Positions 37,428 to 48,117 of a DNA stretch of 64,000 nt are shown piece after piece. Position 1 is the stretch's first letter. Every line of letters starts with the position of its first letter. The position numbers and the translations under genes are program-made. Source of the DNA: Acidobacteriota bacterium (GTDB lineage: Bacteria > Acidobacteriota > CAIWXX01); contig JBFMAF010000010.1 of the NCBI GenBank assembly GCA_040755995.1, forward strand, positions 128,001 through 192,000, read 5' to 3'. The notes below the pieces were generated by a model. It worked only from the letters and a program-made list of their open reading frames with translations, was not told the DNA's origin and made no database searches.

Positions 37428-38900
37428 TCAGAGCGCGGCGAGGCGGTAGAGCGAATCCAGCGTGAGGGTGACACGTTCGTACAGCCAGGTCGGGTAGATC
37501 CCGAACCAGATGATGAAGAACGTGCCGGCGGCGAGTACGAGCGTCAGAGAAAAGAACGCAGGGGCCGGCTTGATCTCGGCGGTCTCCGGCTTCATGTAGG
37601 CGAAGATCACCGGCCGTATGTAGTAGTAGAGCGACAGGGCCGAGTTCAGAACCGCGAAGACGACCAGATATGTATGCCCTGCCTGGAGCGCCGCCTTGAA
37701 TACGAAGAACTTCCCAAAAAAGCCGGCCGTCGGCGGAATCCCCGCGAGCGACAGCAGGCTCAGGGCCAGCACCGCGCCTATCACAGGGTTCTTGAAGCCC
37801 AACCCGCCGTACCGGTCTATGTCCACCAGCTCCTCGTCCTCCCGCACCAGCGCGATCACTGCCCCAAAGGCGGCGAAGTTCATCGCGGCGTACGCGACCA
37901 GATAAAACATCATCGCGGCCACACCGCCGGGGCTTCCCGCCACGAACGCCATGAGGACGTAGCCTACGTGCGCGATCGAAGAGTATGCGAGCATTCGCTT
38001 GATGTTGTTCTGCCGCAACGCGGCAAAGTTGCCTATCAGCATCGTGCACGCCGAGATGACGACAGCCATGTGGCGCCACTCGACCTCCAGCGACGGGAAC
38101 GCCGTGAGGAGTACGCGGGCCAGGGCGGCGAAGCCCGCCATCTTGGGCCCGACCGCCATGAACGCCGTGACCGGCGTCGGCGCTCCCTGGTAGACGTCGG
38201 GGGTCCACATGTGGAACGGGAAAGCCGAGATCTTGAACAGGAACCCCACAAGGAGCAGCGCAAGGCCGGGGCCTATGTACTGCGGGTGGTGCATCGTACC
38301 CCTGGCGATGCTGTCCGCCACCGCGGGGAGGAAGGTCGTGCCGGTCGCCCCGTATACCATAGCGATGCCAAACAGGAAGAACGACGTCGAGAACGCGCCC
38401 AGCAGGAAATACTTGACGGCGGCTTCGACCGAGTACACATTCTCGCGCTGGAAGCCCGCCATCGCGTAGAGGCCGACCGACAGGATTTCGATCCCGATGA
38501 AAATCACGAGCAGCTCCTTGCTCGTGACGATGCTCATCATGCCGACCACGGAGAACAGCAAGAGGGCAAAGAACTCCCCGTGCAATATCTTCTGTGCCGT
38601 GAGAAACGAAATCGACAACAACACGGCGGCGGCGGCCACGAGCAGGAACACGAACCGGAAGAAGAACCCGTATGAGTCCAACGTGAGCATGCTGTCGTAC
38701 GCCGTGCCCACGGTGCCGGTCAAGCGTAACAGGGCGTACAGCGCAACCAGGATGCCGGCCAGGGAGATGTACGGCGCGTAGCGCCGCGAGAACGCGGGGG
38801 CCATGGCCGCCAGCAGCATCACGGCGACGCCGGTCAGCAGAAGCGTCATCTCCGGACCGAGCGCCGCGAGGCTCACCAGCGGGGGCGAGATTGCGTTCAT
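37428..38900 (-). CDS. nuoN: NADH-quinone oxidoreductase subunit N
   Basis: EAAVKYFLLG, FKISAFPFHMWTPDVYQGAPTP, KRMLAYSSIAH. Confidence 0.95.
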   Translation of the reverse strand: MNAISPPLVSLAALGPEMTLLLTGVAVMLLAAMAPAFSRRYAPYISLAGILVALYALLRLTGTVGTAYDSMLTLDSYGFFFRFVFLLVAAAAVLLSISFLTAQKILHGEFFALLLFSVVGMMSIVTSKELLVIFIGIEILSVGLYAMAGFQRENVYSVEAAVKYFLLGAFSTSFFLFGIAMVYGATGTTFLPAVADSIARGTMHHPQYIGPGLALLLVGFLFKISAFPFHMWTPDVYQGAPTPVTAFMAVGPKMAGFAALARVLLTAFPSLEVEWRHMAVVISACTMLIGNFAALRQNNIKRMLAYSSIAHVGYVLMAFVAGSPGGVAAMMFYLVAYAAMNFAAFGAVIALVREDEELVDIDRYGGLGFKNPVIGAVLALSLLSLAGIPPTAGFFGKFFVFKAALQAGHTYLVVFAVLNSALSLYYYIRPVIFAYMKPETAEIKPAPAFFSLTLVLAAGTFFIIWFGIYPTWLYERVTLTLDSLYRLAAL

Positions 38901-40459
38901 TCTCGATCTCCGACGGCTGCCGTGGTGTGCGGGCCTGTCTCGATGCCGCGCTGTTCGACCTGGACGGGCCTGGACACGGTCGCGCCGTAAAGCAACTGCC
39001 TGGTCGATGCGTGCATGCACCTGGTGAACATCGGTGAGTAGATGCCCATGAGGAAAATGCAGATGATCAGTGGCACGAGTGTGAGCGTCTCGCGGGGGTT
39101 CAGGTCGGGGTGTTTCGAATGCTTTTCCGGTGCTACTCCATAGAGCATGCGCTGGAGGGCCCAGAGCATGTAGACGGCGCTCAGGATGACCCCGGTCGAC
39201 GCGATCACCGCAAACACCGCGCGGCTCTTGAAGGTTCCCATCAGAATCAGGAACTCGCCGACGAACCCATTGGTACCCGGGAGTCCGATGGAGGAGAGCG
39301 CGACGATCAGGAAGAAGGCGGAGTACACGGGCATGACCTTCCAGAGTCCGCCAAGGGCCGCGATCTCGCGCGTGTGCGCGCGCTCGTAGATCACGCCGAC
39401 GATTATGAACAGCGCTCCGGTGGAGACGCCGTGGTTCAGCATCTGATAGATGGCCCCCTCGACCGCCTCCTGATTGAGAGCGAAGATGCCCAGAACGACG
39501 AAGCCGAGGTGTGCGACGGAGCTGTACGCAACCAGCTTCTTGATGTCCTTTTGAATCATGGCCATGAGCGATCCATAGATGATCCCGACAAGCGCCATGA
39601 TCATGATGAAACCTGCGTACTCGTGCGTCGCGTGCGGGAAGAGCGGAAGATTGAAGCGCAGCATGCCGTAGGTGCCCATCTTCAGCAGGATCCCTGCCAG
39701 CAGCACGCTGCCTGCGGTGGGAGCCTCGACGTGCGCATCGGGAAGCCACGTGTGGAACGGGAAGAGCGGCACTTTGATTGCAAACGCGAGGAAGAAGGCC
39801 CAGAAGAGCCAGATCTGCTCGGTCGAGCTAATGTCCAGCGCGTAGAGCCGCAGGATGGAGAACGTCCCATGCCCCTCTTGGGCGGCATACAACTGGTACA
39901 AGTAGATGATGCCCACGAGCATGAGCACGCTGCCGACGAGCGTGTAGATGAAGAACTTGATCGACGCGTAAATCCGTCTCGGCCCGCCCCAGATCCCGAT
40001 CAAGAAGTACATCGGGATCAGCATGCCCTCCCAGAACAGGTAGAACAGAAGCAGGTCCAGGGACACGAAGACGCCGATCATGCCCGTCTCGAGCAGCAGC
40101 ATCATGAAGAAATATTCCCTGACCCGTTCGGTGATCGCAGAGAAAGACGCGAGCACTGAGAGGACCATGAGGAAGGTCGTCAGCAGCACCAGGAACAGCG
40201 AGATGCCGTCGATTCCGAGATCGTAGCTCGTGTTCAGCTGCGGGATCCAGGTGCGGGACTCGCAGAACTGGAAGCCCGGGCGCGTCGGATCGAACCCGAA
40301 GTACAGTTTGAGCGACAGCAGGAAGTCCAGCAAGGTGACGGCGAATGCAAACAGGCGGATCTGTCGAAGGCTCTGGCGTGGGATCAGGATCAGAAGAAAG
40401 GCGCCGAGCAGGGGTACGAACGTGACGGCGGAGAGGAGCGATCCTTGCAGCATGCCCAT
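38897..40459 (-). CDS. nuoM: NADH-quinone oxidoreductase subunit M
   Basis: LGIDGISL, FWEGMLIPMY, KVPLFPFHTWLPDAHVEAPT. Confidence 0.96.
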   Translation of the reverse strand: MGMLQGSLLSAVTFVPLLGAFLLILIPRQSLRQIRLFAFAVTLLDFLLSLKLYFGFDPTRPGFQFCESRTWIPQLNTSYDLGIDGISLFLVLLTTFLMVLSVLASFSAITERVREYFFMMLLLETGMIGVFVSLDLLLFYLFWEGMLIPMYFLIGIWGGPRRIYASIKFFIYTLVGSVLMLVGIIYLYQLYAAQEGHGTFSILRLYALDISSTEQIWLFWAFFLAFAIKVPLFPFHTWLPDAHVEAPTAGSVLLAGILLKMGTYGMLRFNLPLFPHATHEYAGFIMIMALVGIIYGSLMAMIQKDIKKLVAYSSVAHLGFVVLGIFALNQEAVEGAIYQMLNHGVSTGALFIIVGVIYERAHTREIAALGGLWKVMPVYSAFFLIVALSSIGLPGTNGFVGEFLILMGTFKSRAVFAVIASTGVILSAVYMLWALQRMLYGVAPEKHSKHPDLNPRETLTLVPLIICIFLMGIYSPMFTRCMHASTRQLLYGATVSRPVQVEQRGIETGPHTTAAVGDRE

Positions 40460-42345
40460 CAGAACACCCAGATCGACAGCAGCAACACGGCGCCAACGAG
40501 CATTGCGGCGGCGTATGCCTTGAGGTTGCCGGTCTGTATCCTGGCGAGAACCCGGCCGGTCTCCATCGCGCCTGCGGCAATGGAGTCGAGCGTGTGATCG
40601 ATGACGCCCAGGTCGAAGGCCGTGTAGACGCGATCGGAGCCGTTCTTGAGCGGGTCGACGATCGCGGCGTCATACCCCTCGTCCACGAAGTACTTGTTGA
40701 GCAGCACCTTGTAGAGCCGCCGGAATCTCTCGGCAAGGCGCTTCGGCGTATCCGGCTCCTTGATGTAATAGTGGTACGCGAGAAGCCAGCCGATAGCCAT
40801 CACCGCCACAGCCGCGGCGGCCAGCACCTTCGGCAAGGCCCCGTGCACCGCGGCGTGCTCGACCTCGCGATGAGCCCAGATCGAACCGCTGATGAAATGC
40901 GGCAGCGAACTGTACACCCAACCCGCCGCGATACTTCCCAGCGCCAGCAGCATCAGCGGCGTCGTCATGCTCCGCGGCGACTCGTGCGGATGCACAGCAG
41001 GATCGACGCGGCTGACTCCGAAGAAAGTCATGTTCAGCAGCCTGAACATGTAGAAAGACGTCATGGCCGCCGTGCTAATCCCTATCGCCCAGAGCCAGAC
41101 GTTCGTCTCGAACGCCTTCTCGAGTATCAAGTCCTTGCTGTAGAAGCCCGAAAGCCAGGGAAAGCCGGTGATCGCCAGCGTTGCCACTGCGAAGGTCCAC
41201 GTGGTGATCTTGAGCTTCTTGCCCAGACCTCCCATCCTGCGTATGTCCTGCTCGCCGGACATCGCGTGAATCACGCTGCCGGCGCCCAGGAAAAGCAGCG
41301 CCTTGAAGAATGCATGGGTGTACAGATGGAATATCGCCGCGTCGAACGCAGCGACGCCGCAGGCAAGGAACATGTAGCCCAGCTGGCTCACCGTGGAATA
41401 GGCGAGCACGCGCTTGATATCGTTCTGGACCAGCCCGATCGACGCGGCGAAGAAGGCCGTCATCGCACCCACCCAGGCCACCACGAGCAGCACCCAGGTA
41501 GTCCTCGCGTACAGGTCACCCATTCGCGCGATCATGTAGACGCCCGAGGTCACCATCGTCGCGGCATGGATCAGGGCCGAGACGGGCGTCGGGCCTTCCA
41601 TCGCGTCGGGCAGCCAGACGTAAAGCGGAATCTGCGCGGACTTGCCGGTGGCACCTATGAACAGGCACAGTGCGATGAGGTTCAGCAGCAGGCTCCCTTG
41701 CGGCACCTCCTGCACCTGCGCCAGGATGGGCTGTATGTTCAATGTGCCGAAGTTCGCATAGAGCAGCATCATGCCGGCCAGGAAGCCTGCGTCTCCCACC
41801 CGGTTGACTACGAACGCTTTCTTGCCCGCGTCCGATGCCGACTTACGCTCGTACCAGAACCCGATCAGGAGGTACGAACACAGCCCGACGCCCTCCCAGC
41901 CGATGAACAGGACCACGAGGTTCGAACCAAGCACGAGCATCAGCATGGCGAACGTGAAGAGGTTCAAGTACGTGAAGTACCGGGAGTAGTCCCGGTCGTG
42001 ATGCATGTACCCGACCGAGTACACGTGGATCAAGAAGCCCACGCCGGTGACGACCAGGCACATGATCAGGGAGAGCGAATCGAGGCGGAAGGCGAGGTCG
42101 ATCTGCATGCCGCCTGAGTCGATGAATCTGAACAGCGGCGGTCCATCCAGCGGAAGCGCGTGGAACCCGGGCAGCTGCACACCCAGCGTCATCAGCAGGT
42201 ACCCGACCGTGATCAGGAACGAGCCGAACACCGAGAGACACGCCAGCAGCGAGATCGCGGGCCGCGGCATCCTGAGGCCGAGCAGCGCGAGGATCAGTGC
42301 CGAGGCCGCGGGAAATAGCGGGATCAGCGCAACGTATTCGCTCAT
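40459..42345 (-). CDS. nuoL: NADH-quinone oxidoreductase subunit L
   Basis: GWEGVGLCSYLLIGFW, GKSAQIPLYVWLPDAMEGPTPVSALIHAATMV. Confidence 0.96.
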   Translation of the reverse strand: MSEYVALIPLFPAASALILALLGLRMPRPAISLLACLSVFGSFLITVGYLLMTLGVQLPGFHALPLDGPPLFRFIDSGGMQIDLAFRLDSLSLIMCLVVTGVGFLIHVYSVGYMHHDRDYSRYFTYLNLFTFAMLMLVLGSNLVVLFIGWEGVGLCSYLLIGFWYERKSASDAGKKAFVVNRVGDAGFLAGMMLLYANFGTLNIQPILAQVQEVPQGSLLLNLIALCLFIGATGKSAQIPLYVWLPDAMEGPTPVSALIHAATMVTSGVYMIARMGDLYARTTWVLLVVAWVGAMTAFFAASIGLVQNDIKRVLAYSTVSQLGYMFLACGVAAFDAAIFHLYTHAFFKALLFLGAGSVIHAMSGEQDIRRMGGLGKKLKITTWTFAVATLAITGFPWLSGFYSKDLILEKAFETNVWLWAIGISTAAMTSFYMFRLLNMTFFGVSRVDPAVHPHESPRSMTTPLMLLALGSIAAGWVYSSLPHFISGSIWAHREVEHAAVHGALPKVLAAAAVAVMAIGWLLAYHYYIKEPDTPKRLAERFRRLYKVLLNKYFVDEGYDAAIVDPLKNGSDRVYTAFDLGVIDHTLDSIAAGAMETGRVLARIQTGNLKAYAAAMLVGAVLLLSIWVF

Positions 42346-42367
42346 GAGTATCTCAATTGACCGGCCA

Positions 42368-42670
42368 CTAGCCTTTCATCAGGTCCACCCGCTCGCTGTC
42401 CAGGTTCTCCTTGTGGTGGAAAAGGGCGATCATGATGGCGAGCCCAACGGCGGCTTCGGCCGCCGCCACGGTGATGACGAAGAACACGATGATCTGTCCC
42501 GCCACGTCGCCGAGCGATCGCGAGAATGCGATGAGGGCCAGGTTTGCGCCGTTGAGCTGCAGCTCGACGCACATGAAGAGCGTGATGAGATCCCGCCTGA
42601 AGAACACTCCGACGACACCGATCGTGAACAGAACGGCGCTCAGAATCAGGTACCAGTTCAGCGGGATCAT
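42368..42670 (-). CDS. nuoK: NADH-quinone oxidoreductase subunit K
   Basis: MCVELQLNG, VAAAEAAVGLAI. Confidence 0.95.
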   Translation of the reverse strand: MIPLNWYLILSAVLFTIGVVGVFFRRDLITLFMCVELQLNGANLALIAFSRSLGDVAGQIIVFFVITVAAAEAAVGLAIMIALFHHKENLDSERVDLMKG

Positions 42671-43158
42671 AGCTTCTTCTTCGCGAGCATCACCGCGCCC
42701 ACGATCGCGGCCAGTATCAGCACGGAGCTCAGCTCGAACGGGTAGATGTAGTGTGTGAAGAGCTGCGTCCCGATCTCCTCCACCGTCGTCTCCGGCGCCC
42801 GCGAAGCGGCCACCTGTCCCGCCGGGCTCCTTAGCGCCACTACCAGCTCGATGAATAGCATCAGTCCGAAAGCCACTGCGAACGGCAGGACTCGGGGCCT
42901 CTTCTGCGGTTGCTCTCGGGCCGTGAGGTTCAGCAGCATGATGACGAACAGGAAGAGGACCATGATCGCCCCGGCGTATACGATGACCTGGATCGCCGCT
43001 ATGAACGGCGATCCCAGGAGAACGTAGAGTCCCGCAAGAGCGAAGAAGGCCAGCACCAGGCAGAGGCAGCTGTTCACCGCGTTGCGCTGGAATAGCATGG
43101 CCACGGCCGAGGCGACGGCGATGGCGGCCAACAGAAAGAAGGCGGCTATCGCGATCAC
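42667..43158 (-). CDS. nuoJ: NADH-quinone oxidoreductase subunit J
   Basis: QVIVYAGAIMVLFLFVIMLL, YPFELSSVLIL. GTG start overlaps the nuoH stop. Confidence 0.93.
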   Translation of the reverse strand: MIAIAAFFLLAAIAVASAVAMLFQRNAVNSCLCLVLAFFALAGLYVLLGSPFIAAIQVIVYAGAIMVLFLFVIMLLNLTAREQPQKRPRVLPFAVAFGLMLFIELVVALRSPAGQVAASRAPETTVEEIGTQLFTHYIYPFELSSVLILAAIVGAVMLAKKKL

Positions 43159-44213
43159 GCGGCCCTCAGCGAGATCCAGACGGCGGTGGCGAGGATATTG
43201 GCCATGGAGAGCGGGAACAAGAACTTCCATCCAAAGGCCATGAGCTGGTCATATCGAAGACGAGGCAGAGTAGCACGGAGCCACACGTACACGAAGAGCA
43301 GAAAGAGCACCTTCACAACGAACCATCCGAGGCCCACGATCCAGCCGTAGGATGTGCCTGGCGATGCACCCCAGCCGTTCCAGCCGCCGAGGAACAGCGT
43401 CGTGGCCAGGCATGATACACCGATCATATTGATGTATTCGCTCATGAAGAACATCGCGAACTTCATGGAGCTGTACTCGGTGTGGAAGCCGGCCACCAGC
43501 TCCTGCTCGGCCTCGGGGAAATCGAAAGGAGCGCGATTGGTTTCCGCCACGCCGCAGATGAAGTAGAGCAGGAATGCCAGAAACCCCATCGGAGCCTGAA
43601 AGATGAACCACCGCGGGACGAATCCCGCAAAATACCCGGACTGGGCGCTGACGATCGAGTTGAGGCTGAGCGACCCAGCCAGCATCAACACCGCCACAGT
43701 CGATAGGCCGAGGCTGAGCTCGTAACTCGCCATCTGCGCCGTAGACCGCAGCGCTCCGAGCAGCGCGTACTTGCTGTTGCTGCTCCACCCCGCCAGCACA
43801 ATGCCGTACACACCCATGGCCGTAGCCGAGAAGACGATCAGCAGGCCGATGTTCAAGTCGGTGAGCTGCAACGAAAGCGGGGTCTTCACCAAACCGAAGA
43901 GGGTGGTGTCGGGCCCGAACGGGATGACCGAGAACCCAAGGAATGCCGTCGTGATTCCAATGAGCGGCGCGATATAGTAGATGACCTTGTCGGCCTGCGG
44001 CGGCACGAAGTCCTCTTTGAACATCAGCTTGATGGCATCGGCAAAGGGCTGCAGTATTCCGTGCGGCCCCACGTACATCGGCCCGAGCCTGCTCTGGAAG
44101 TGCGCCACCGCCTTGCGCTCGAACCACACCATGAACGGAACACCAGTCATGACCACTGCGAAGACTGCCACGCACTTGACCGCGATGAGGAGAAACTCAA
44201 GAAAGCCCGTCAC
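43155..44213 (-). CDS. nuoH: NADH-quinone oxidoreductase subunit H
   Basis: ERK...QSRLGP, LQPFADAIKL, AETNRAPFDFPEAEQELVAGFHTEYS. Confidence 0.96.
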   Translation of the reverse strand: MTGFLEFLLIAVKCVAVFAVVMTGVPFMVWFERKAVAHFQSRLGPMYVGPHGILQPFADAIKLMFKEDFVPPQADKVIYYIAPLIGITTAFLGFSVIPFGPDTTLFGLVKTPLSLQLTDLNIGLLIVFSATAMGVYGIVLAGWSSNSKYALLGALRSTAQMASYELSLGLSTVAVLMLAGSLSLNSIVSAQSGYFAGFVPRWFIFQAPMGFLAFLLYFICGVAETNRAPFDFPEAEQELVAGFHTEYSSMKFAMFFMSEYINMIGVSCLATTLFLGGWNGWGASPGTSYGWIVGLGWFVVKVLFLLFVYVWLRATLPRLRYDQLMAFGWKFLFPLSMANILATAVWISLRAA

Positions 44214-44713
44214 GCCTTCGCCTCGCCTTGACTCTCAGCCTGCGCCCTCAATTCCTCGATCAGCCGATCGAGCTTCTCGATGTCCAGTCCCTCGTTGTAC
44301 GCTTCCTGATTGACCTGGATGACAGGTGCGGTCCCGCAGGAACCGAGGCATTCTACGGTGGAGAGGGTGAAATGTCCATCAGGCGTCGTCTCGCCTGGCT
44401 TGATACCCAGCCTGTTCTTGAGATGCTCCAGAAGCCGCTCGCCTCCCAGCAGCATACAGCTCACATTCGTGCACAACTGAAGGTGAAAGCGCCCGGCGGG
44501 CTTGAGCCTGAACATCGTGTAAAACGTGATGACCGCGTAAACCTCCACCGGCTCTACGCCCAGCAGGGCCGCGATCCACCGAATCGCCTCCTTGGTGATG
44601 TGCCCCTCCTGCTTCTGCACCAGATACAGCGTCGGGAGAAGCGCCGCGCGCTTCTGCGGATAGCGGCCGAGAATTCTGTCGAATTCCCTCTGGTTCTCAG
44701 CAGTGAATTGCAT
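44210..44713 (-). CDS. nuoE: NADH-quinone oxidoreductase subunit E
   Basis: ITFYTMF and 2Fe-2S ligands CTNVSC and ECLGSC. Confidence 0.93.
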   Translation of the reverse strand: MQFTAENQREFDRILGRYPQKRAALLPTLYLVQKQEGHITKEAIRWIAALLGVEPVEVYAVITFYTMFRLKPAGRFHLQLCTNVSCMLLGGERLLEHLKNRLGIKPGETTPDGHFTLSTVECLGSCGTAPVIQVNQEAYNEGLDIEKLDRLIEELRAQAESQGEAKA

Positions 44714-44746
44714 CTAGTAGTGCAGGGGTCCTTTCTCCCGAAAAAA

Positions 44747-45928
44747 TCAGCGGTCGATTTCACCCAGAACGATATCGAGGCTGCCGATGACGGCGACGAG
44801 GTCGGCCAGCATCGCCCCCTCGGCCATCTTCGACAGAGCCTGGAGGTTCACGAAGCTCGGGGGCCGGATGCGGCATCGGAACGGCTTCGCCGTTCCGTCG
44901 GATACGAGGTAGAACCCGATCTCTCCCTTGGGCGCCTCGACGGGCACGTACGCCTCGCCGGCAGGCGGCCTGACCCCGTTGCAGACGATGAGGAAGTGGT
45001 GGATCAGCGCCTCCATGCTGGTGTGCAGTGTGTTCCTGGGCGGCAGGACGACCTTCGGAGCGTCGGCGATGTATGCGCCGGAAGGGAGCTTCGCGAGCGT
45101 CTGCTCGACGATTCGCACGCTCTGCCGGATTTCGGCGATGCGCACCCGATACCGATCGTACACGTCGCCGTTGGCGCCTACCGGCACTTCGAAGTCGTAC
45201 TGCTCGTACCCGCTATACGGATTGGTCTTTCGGATATCCCACCCGACACCGCTCGCGCGCAGCGCCGGCCCGGAGAGGCCCAGGTTCATCGCGTCGGCCG
45301 CGGAGATCCGGCCGACGCCCACGGTGCGATTCAACCAGATCTTGTTGCGGGTCAGCAGGGTCTCGTACTCGTCCACTCTGGGCTTGAAATAGTCTATGAA
45401 GTCCTTCACGCGTTTGGTGAAGTCTGCTGGTATGTCGGCGGCAAGTCCTCCGATTCTGAAGTACGACACCGTCAGGCGCGCGCCGCAGACCTGTTCGAAG
45501 AGGTCCATGATCACCTCGCGCTCGCGGAAGCAGTACAGCAGCATGGACATCGCGCCGATGTCGATCGCGTGTGTGCCGAGCCAGACCAGGTGGGACGCGA
45601 TGCGCTGGAGCTCGGTCAACATCACGCGGACTGTTTGCGCCCGCGGCGGCACGTCGACACCAACCAGCTTTTCGGTCGACAGCATGAAGGCCAGGTTGTT
45701 GCTCATGGGCGCCAGGTAGTCGAGCCTGTCGGTCATGGTCATGGCCTGGATGTAGGTCTTGTTCTCCGCGGTCTTCTCTATGCCCGTATGGAGGTATCCG
45801 ATGTGCGGTGTCGCTCTCACGATCCGCTCGCCGTCAAGCTCCAGCACGATCCTCAACACGCCGTGGGTGGACGGGTGCTGCGGGCCCATGTTGACGGTCA
45901 TGGTTTCGGTGCGAATCAGGTCAGGCAT
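44747..45928 (-). CDS. nuoD: NADH-quinone oxidoreductase subunit D
   Basis: NMGPQHPSTHGVLR, C-terminal SLDIVLGEIDR. Confidence 0.97.
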   Translation of the reverse strand: MPDLIRTETMTVNMGPQHPSTHGVLRIVLELDGERIVRATPHIGYLHTGIEKTAENKTYIQAMTMTDRLDYLAPMSNNLAFMLSTEKLVGVDVPPRAQTVRVMLTELQRIASHLVWLGTHAIDIGAMSMLLYCFREREVIMDLFEQVCGARLTVSYFRIGGLAADIPADFTKRVKDFIDYFKPRVDEYETLLTRNKIWLNRTVGVGRISAADAMNLGLSGPALRASGVGWDIRKTNPYSGYEQYDFEVPVGANGDVYDRYRVRIAEIRQSVRIVEQTLAKLPSGAYIADAPKVVLPPRNTLHTSMEALIHHFLIVCNGVRPPAGEAYVPVEAPKGEIGFYLVSDGTAKPFRCRIRPPSFVNLQALSKMAEGAMLADLVAVIGSLDIVLGEIDR

Positions 45929-45935
45929 GGGCGCA

Positions 45936-46460
45936 TCAGAAAGGCGGGCCGCCTTCTTCCTTCGGCGTTTGATGGACGTCTTCGAAGAACCCCCGTTCAG
46001 GTTGGTACCCGAGCGGGAAGTCCTTCCGCAGCGGGTGCCCCTCGAAGCCGTCGTACATGAGTATCCTGCGCAAGTCCGGATGGCCGTCCGCCTTGAGGCC
46101 GAACATGTCGAACACCTCGCGCTCGTGCCAGTTGGCGGTCGCGAAGACGCCGGTTGCGGTCGGGTACGACTCGCCGTCCGCCAGCCTCAGGACCAGCAGC
46201 ACGCGCTCGCCGGACTGCACGCACGTGAGGTTGTATACGATCTCGAAGCGCGGCTCTCGCGGGTGGAAGTCGATCGCGAAGAGGTCCGACAGGAATTCGA
46301 ATCCGCACTCACGGGCTGCGCCAAGGAGCTCCACCAGCTTTTCCTTCCTCACTGCATACGCTTCGAAGGCCTTTCCTGCGACGGGCTGCAGTTCGGCGGC
46401 GAGCTCCGCTCCAACGCGTGCTGCGAGCCGGTCTCGGAAGGAGGTGGTCTTCTCGCTCAT
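45936..46460 (-). CDS. nuoC: NADH-quinone oxidoreductase subunit C
   Basis: [13 protein letters not shown]...HPDLRRILM...[10 protein letters not shown]. Confidence 0.95.
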   Translation of the reverse strand: MSEKTTSFRDRLAARVGAELAAELQPVAGKAFEAYAVRKEKLVELLGAARECGFEFLSDLFAIDFHPREPRFEIVYNLTCVQSGERVLLVLRLADGESYPTATGVFATANWHEREVFDMFGLKADGHPDLRRILMYDGFEGHPLRKDFPLGYQPERGFFEDVHQTPKEEGGPPF

Positions 46461-46954
46461 GCGACGAGTTTGCCCTTCGACTTGAGGATCTTCTCCTGGA
46501 GTCTGAATATGCCGTCCAGCAGCTGTTCCGGGCGCGGGGGGCAGCCCGGCACGTACACATCCACCGGAACGACGCGGTCGACGCCCTGGACTATGGCGTA
46601 GTTGTTGAATATTCCCCCGCACGAGGCGCACGCGCCCATCGAGATCACCCATTTCGGCTCGGACATCTGGTCATAGATCTGTCGCAGCACCGGAGCCATC
46701 TTCTGCGAGACGCGCCCCGCGACGATCATGAGATCCGCCTGGCGGGGCGAGGCCCGGAACACCTCCGAGCCGAAGCGTGCGATATCGAACCGGCCTGCGC
46801 CAGTGGCCATCATTTCGATCGCGCAGCAGGCCAATCCGAAAGTGACGGGCCATATCGAGCTCTTTCGGGCCCAGTTGATCACCTTGTCGGCTGATGTAAG
46901 CAGAACCTGGTCCTTGACCTCCTCAGCCAACTTATTCAAATCTCGTTCTTTCAT
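46457..46954 (-). CDS. nuoB: NADH-quinone oxidoreductase subunit B
   Basis: [28 protein letters not shown]. Confidence 0.97.
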   Translation of the reverse strand: MKERDLNKLAEEVKDQVLLTSADKVINWARKSSIWPVTFGLACCAIEMMATGAGRFDIARFGSEVFRASPRQADLMIVAGRVSQKMAPVLRQIYDQMSEPKWVISMGACASCGGIFNNYAIVQGVDRVVPVDVYVPGCPPRPEQLLDGIFRLQEKILKSKGKLVA

Positions 46955-47022
46955 TTCAACACTCTCCCGGGCGCAGCCCGGGACCGACTTTGTACTTCAT
47001 ATTTCAGACTTCACGCTTCTCG

Positions 47023-47394
47023 TCAGTCCCAGTTGAGTGCACCCTTCTTCCACACATAGAGGAAGCCGGTGAACACGATTCCCAGGTAGATAGCCATCTC
47101 CACGAAGACGAACAGGCCCAATGATGGCAGCCTGGCCATATCGGAGTAGATGACCGCCCAGGGATAGATGAAGACGGCCTCCATGTCGAAGAGTATGAAA
47201 AGCATTGTGATCAGGTAGAACTTCACCGAGAAGCGCAGCCGGGCGTCCCCCACCGGTTCCATGCCGCACTCGTATGGCATGTCCTTGCGGGAGGATCGCA
47301 CGCGCGGGCCGAAGAAGTTCGAAATCAGGATCGTGACCGTCCCGAAACCCAGCGCGATCGCGAACAGGACAACGAATGGTACCCAGGGACTCAT
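47023..47394 (-). CDS. nuoA: NADH-quinone oxidoreductase subunit A
   Basis: PYECG, FILFDMEAVFIYPWA, KKGALNWD. Confidence 0.96.
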   Translation of the reverse strand: MSPWVPFVVLFAIALGFGTVTILISNFFGPRVRSSRKDMPYECGMEPVGDARLRFSVKFYLITMLFILFDMEAVFIYPWAVIYSDMARLPSLGLFVFVEMAIYLGIVFTGFLYVWKKGALNWD

Positions 47395-47583
47395 GACCTC
47401 TCCCGAATCAAGGACTTCTCCGGCGCATGCGTTTCGTCACAAAGACGCGCATTATACAACGGCTGTCCAGTCGTGAGATACACACCCGATTCCGCGGCAA
47501 ACCGGACGGCACTTTCCTTGCAGCGATGAACGTGGTTAGCTCTGCGCTGACAGTCCTGTTCACGTTCAGACGCCCTCCGGTCT

Positions 47584-48117
47584 TCAGAAGTCGATGCCGA
47601 TCTCGGCTGTGCGCCCCTGTCTGAAGGGGTGCTTGATCTCTCGCATTTCGGTGACGAGATCGGCGCGTTCCGTCACCGACTGGGGGCAGCCGCGGCCGGT
47701 GAGGACCAGATGGAGCGCCTCGGGGCGCTTGTCGAGCAGCCTCAGGATCTGCTCCTCCGTGATCAGCCCAAGCGTGCGTGCCACGAAGACCTCGTCGAGG
47801 ATCAGCACATCCTGCTGGCCCTTGGTCATGATCTGTTCGATGTCTTCCAGCGCCTTGGCGGCGGCCTTGCGGTGCTCCTCCATCGGCAGCTTGTCGTCGA
47901 TGATGCCTACGAACCCCCGGCCAGCCGGCCGCAGCTCGAACTCCGGCTTCAGCCTCTCGGCGCTCGTCAGCTCTCCGTACCGCCAGCTCCCTTTGACGAA
48001 TTGGATCATCGTCACCTTGAAGCCGTAGCCCACGGCGCGGAGCGACATGCCGAGGGCGGCGGTGGTCTTTCCTTTGCCGTCGCCGGTGAAGACGACGACC
48101 ATTCCCTTGCGGCTCAA
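47584..48117 (-). CDS. cobO: Cob(I)yrinic acid a,c-diamide adenosyltransferase (CobO/BtuR)
   Basis: FTGDGKGKTTAALG, QFVKG, ILDE, LVLTGR, ADLVTEM..IKHPF..G...GIDF. TTG start overlaps the upstream stop. Confidence 0.92.
   Translation of the reverse strand: MSRKGMVVVFTGDGKGKTTAALGMSLRAVGYGFKVTMIQFVKGSWRYGELTSAERLKPEFELRPAGRGFVGIIDDKLPMEEHRKAAAKALEDIEQIMTKGQQDVLILDEVFVARTLGLITEEQILRLLDKRPEALHLVLTGRGCPQSVTERADLVTEMREIKHPFRQGRTAEIGIDF

Noticed and set aside
37182..46060. Long plus-strand ORFs (37182..38675, 40594..42117, 44228..46060)
   Set aside because: Antisense shadows of nuo genes in high-GC DNA; the same applies to 49904..51190, 54939..56411 and 57872..59572
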